A stretch of 5,194 nucleotides of DNA from assembly GCA_016840425.1 (NCBI GenBank), contig JAEOSI010000167.1, forward strand, positions 1-5,194, given 5' to 3'. Every line of letters begins with the position of its first letter. The first letter of the stretch is position 1. The translations under genes were made by a program, and so were the position numbers. This document shows positions 4,344-5,194 of this stretch, piece by piece. Origin of the DNA: Candidatus Wukongarchaeum yapensis. GTDB lineage: Archaea; Asgardarchaeota; Wukongarchaeia; Wukongarchaeales; Wukongarchaeaceae. The notes under the pieces were generated by a model. It saw only the letters and a program-made list of their open reading frames with translations. It ran no database searches and was not told the DNA's origin.

Positions 4344-5192
4344 TTATTTTTTGGTTAGACGCTGCATAGCCACTTTGAGTAGGTCGCGCTCAGTTATTAT
4401 GCCCACTAGTTTTGAGTCGTCTATTACTAAGAGACAACCGATGCCTTTATCATGCATCTTTGCCGCGGCTTCTTTTACTGATACCTCTGAATTAACAGTT
4501 ATCAAGATTTTTGCCATAATTTCGTTTACCTGTTTATAAAGCACTTTTTCGTAATTTCCTTCTTTTAATCCTTTTATGGTCTCAGGGTCATTGAGATATT
4601 TTAGGATGTCACTAGCAGTAATGAGGCCGGCAAGTTTTCCTTCATCGTTAACTGCTGGTATTCTGCGAATATTAGCTTCAACCATCTTTTTTAAACAATC
4701 AAAAAGGTTTGATTTGTCGTTTACTGTGATGACGTTTTTTGTCATGTAGTCTGATACTTTTTCTTCAACCGGAAGTTCTGCTACTGAGGAGATTACATCG
4801 CGTTCTGTTATAATACCTCCGAGACGGCATTCTTCATCTAAAAACACCGGTAAGCAACCGATATTATTTTCTACCATTATTTTTGAGGCTTCATCTACCG
4901 TAGAACGTATCGAGATTGAAATAAAGTCAGGGGTCATAATTTCTGTGAGAGGAGTTTCTAGAAACTCTTTTGCAAAGGAGGTTTTTCCTTTCTCTATATC
5001 TTCAGAAACTTTCTTGGCAAATTCCCTCATAATATCGCGGAAAGTTATCATTCCGACAAACTTTTTATCTTTGACTACGGGTAGTCTGCGAAACCCGTTT
5101 ACATCCATTATGCAGATTGCTTGTTCTACTGTTTGTCCTTCTTCCGCGATGAAAACCTCTTTTGTAGCATATTTGAAAACTTCTAAACTCAT
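4344..5192 (-). CDS. CBS-domain protein with four CBS motifs (two Bateman modules; adenylate-sensing, MJ1225/AMPK-gamma-like architecture)
   Basis: Four repeats: GFRRLPVV..GMITFRDI, GCLPV..GIITERDV, IRRIPAV..GLITASDI and GIGCLLV..GIITERDL. 282 aa. The ATG is 2 nt from the window edge, so upstream context cannot be checked. Confidence 0.95.
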   Translation of the reverse strand: MSLEVFKYATKEVFIAEEGQTVEQAICIMDVNGFRRLPVVKDKKFVGMITFRDIMREFAKKVSEDIEKGKTSFAKEFLETPLTEIMTPDFISISIRSTVDEASKIMVENNIGCLPVFLDEECRLGGIITERDVISSVAELPVEEKVSDYMTKNVITVNDKSNLFDCLKKMVEANIRRIPAVNDEGKLAGLITASDILKYLNDPETIKGLKEGNYEKVLYKQVNEIMAKILITVNSEVSVKEAAAKMHDKGIGCLLVIDDSKLVGIITERDLLKVAMQRLTKK

Positions 5193-5194
5193 CT

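Noticed and set aside
4297-4539. 80-aa plus-strand ORF
   Set aside because: Antisense shadow of the CBS gene 3' end.

Overview
This is an AT-rich archaeal window, very probably from an Asgard archaeon because it contains a recognisable Asgard-type profilin. Five real genes lie on the minus strand, in this order: a 4xCBS-domain protein, a 77-aa 8-Cys FYVE/DUF2180-like zinc finger, a 4-TM membrane protein, a 757-aa coiled-coil protein with three internal split PRC-barrel-like repeats, and profilin (cut by the window edge and absent from the ORF track). Between the zinc-finger and membrane genes is a nested mobile structure. A 210-bp non-autonomous IS200/IS605 derivative (PATE, 3541-4060) keeps its left end, a TATA-like promoter and the TnpB omega-RNA/right end, but has lost tnpA and almost all of tnpB. 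A 306-bp MITE (25-bp TIRs starting CAGT, 4-bp GAAA duplication, ISH3/IS701-like) has inserted exactly into the GAAA loop of the PATE left-end hairpin. The most interesting candidate system is this apparently immobilised, promoter-driven stand-alone guide-RNA cassette. Its predicted TAM plus 7-nt seed also occurs in the 5' coding region of the profilin gene, which is suggestive but could be chance. All calls come from manual reading; no searches or folding programs were run.
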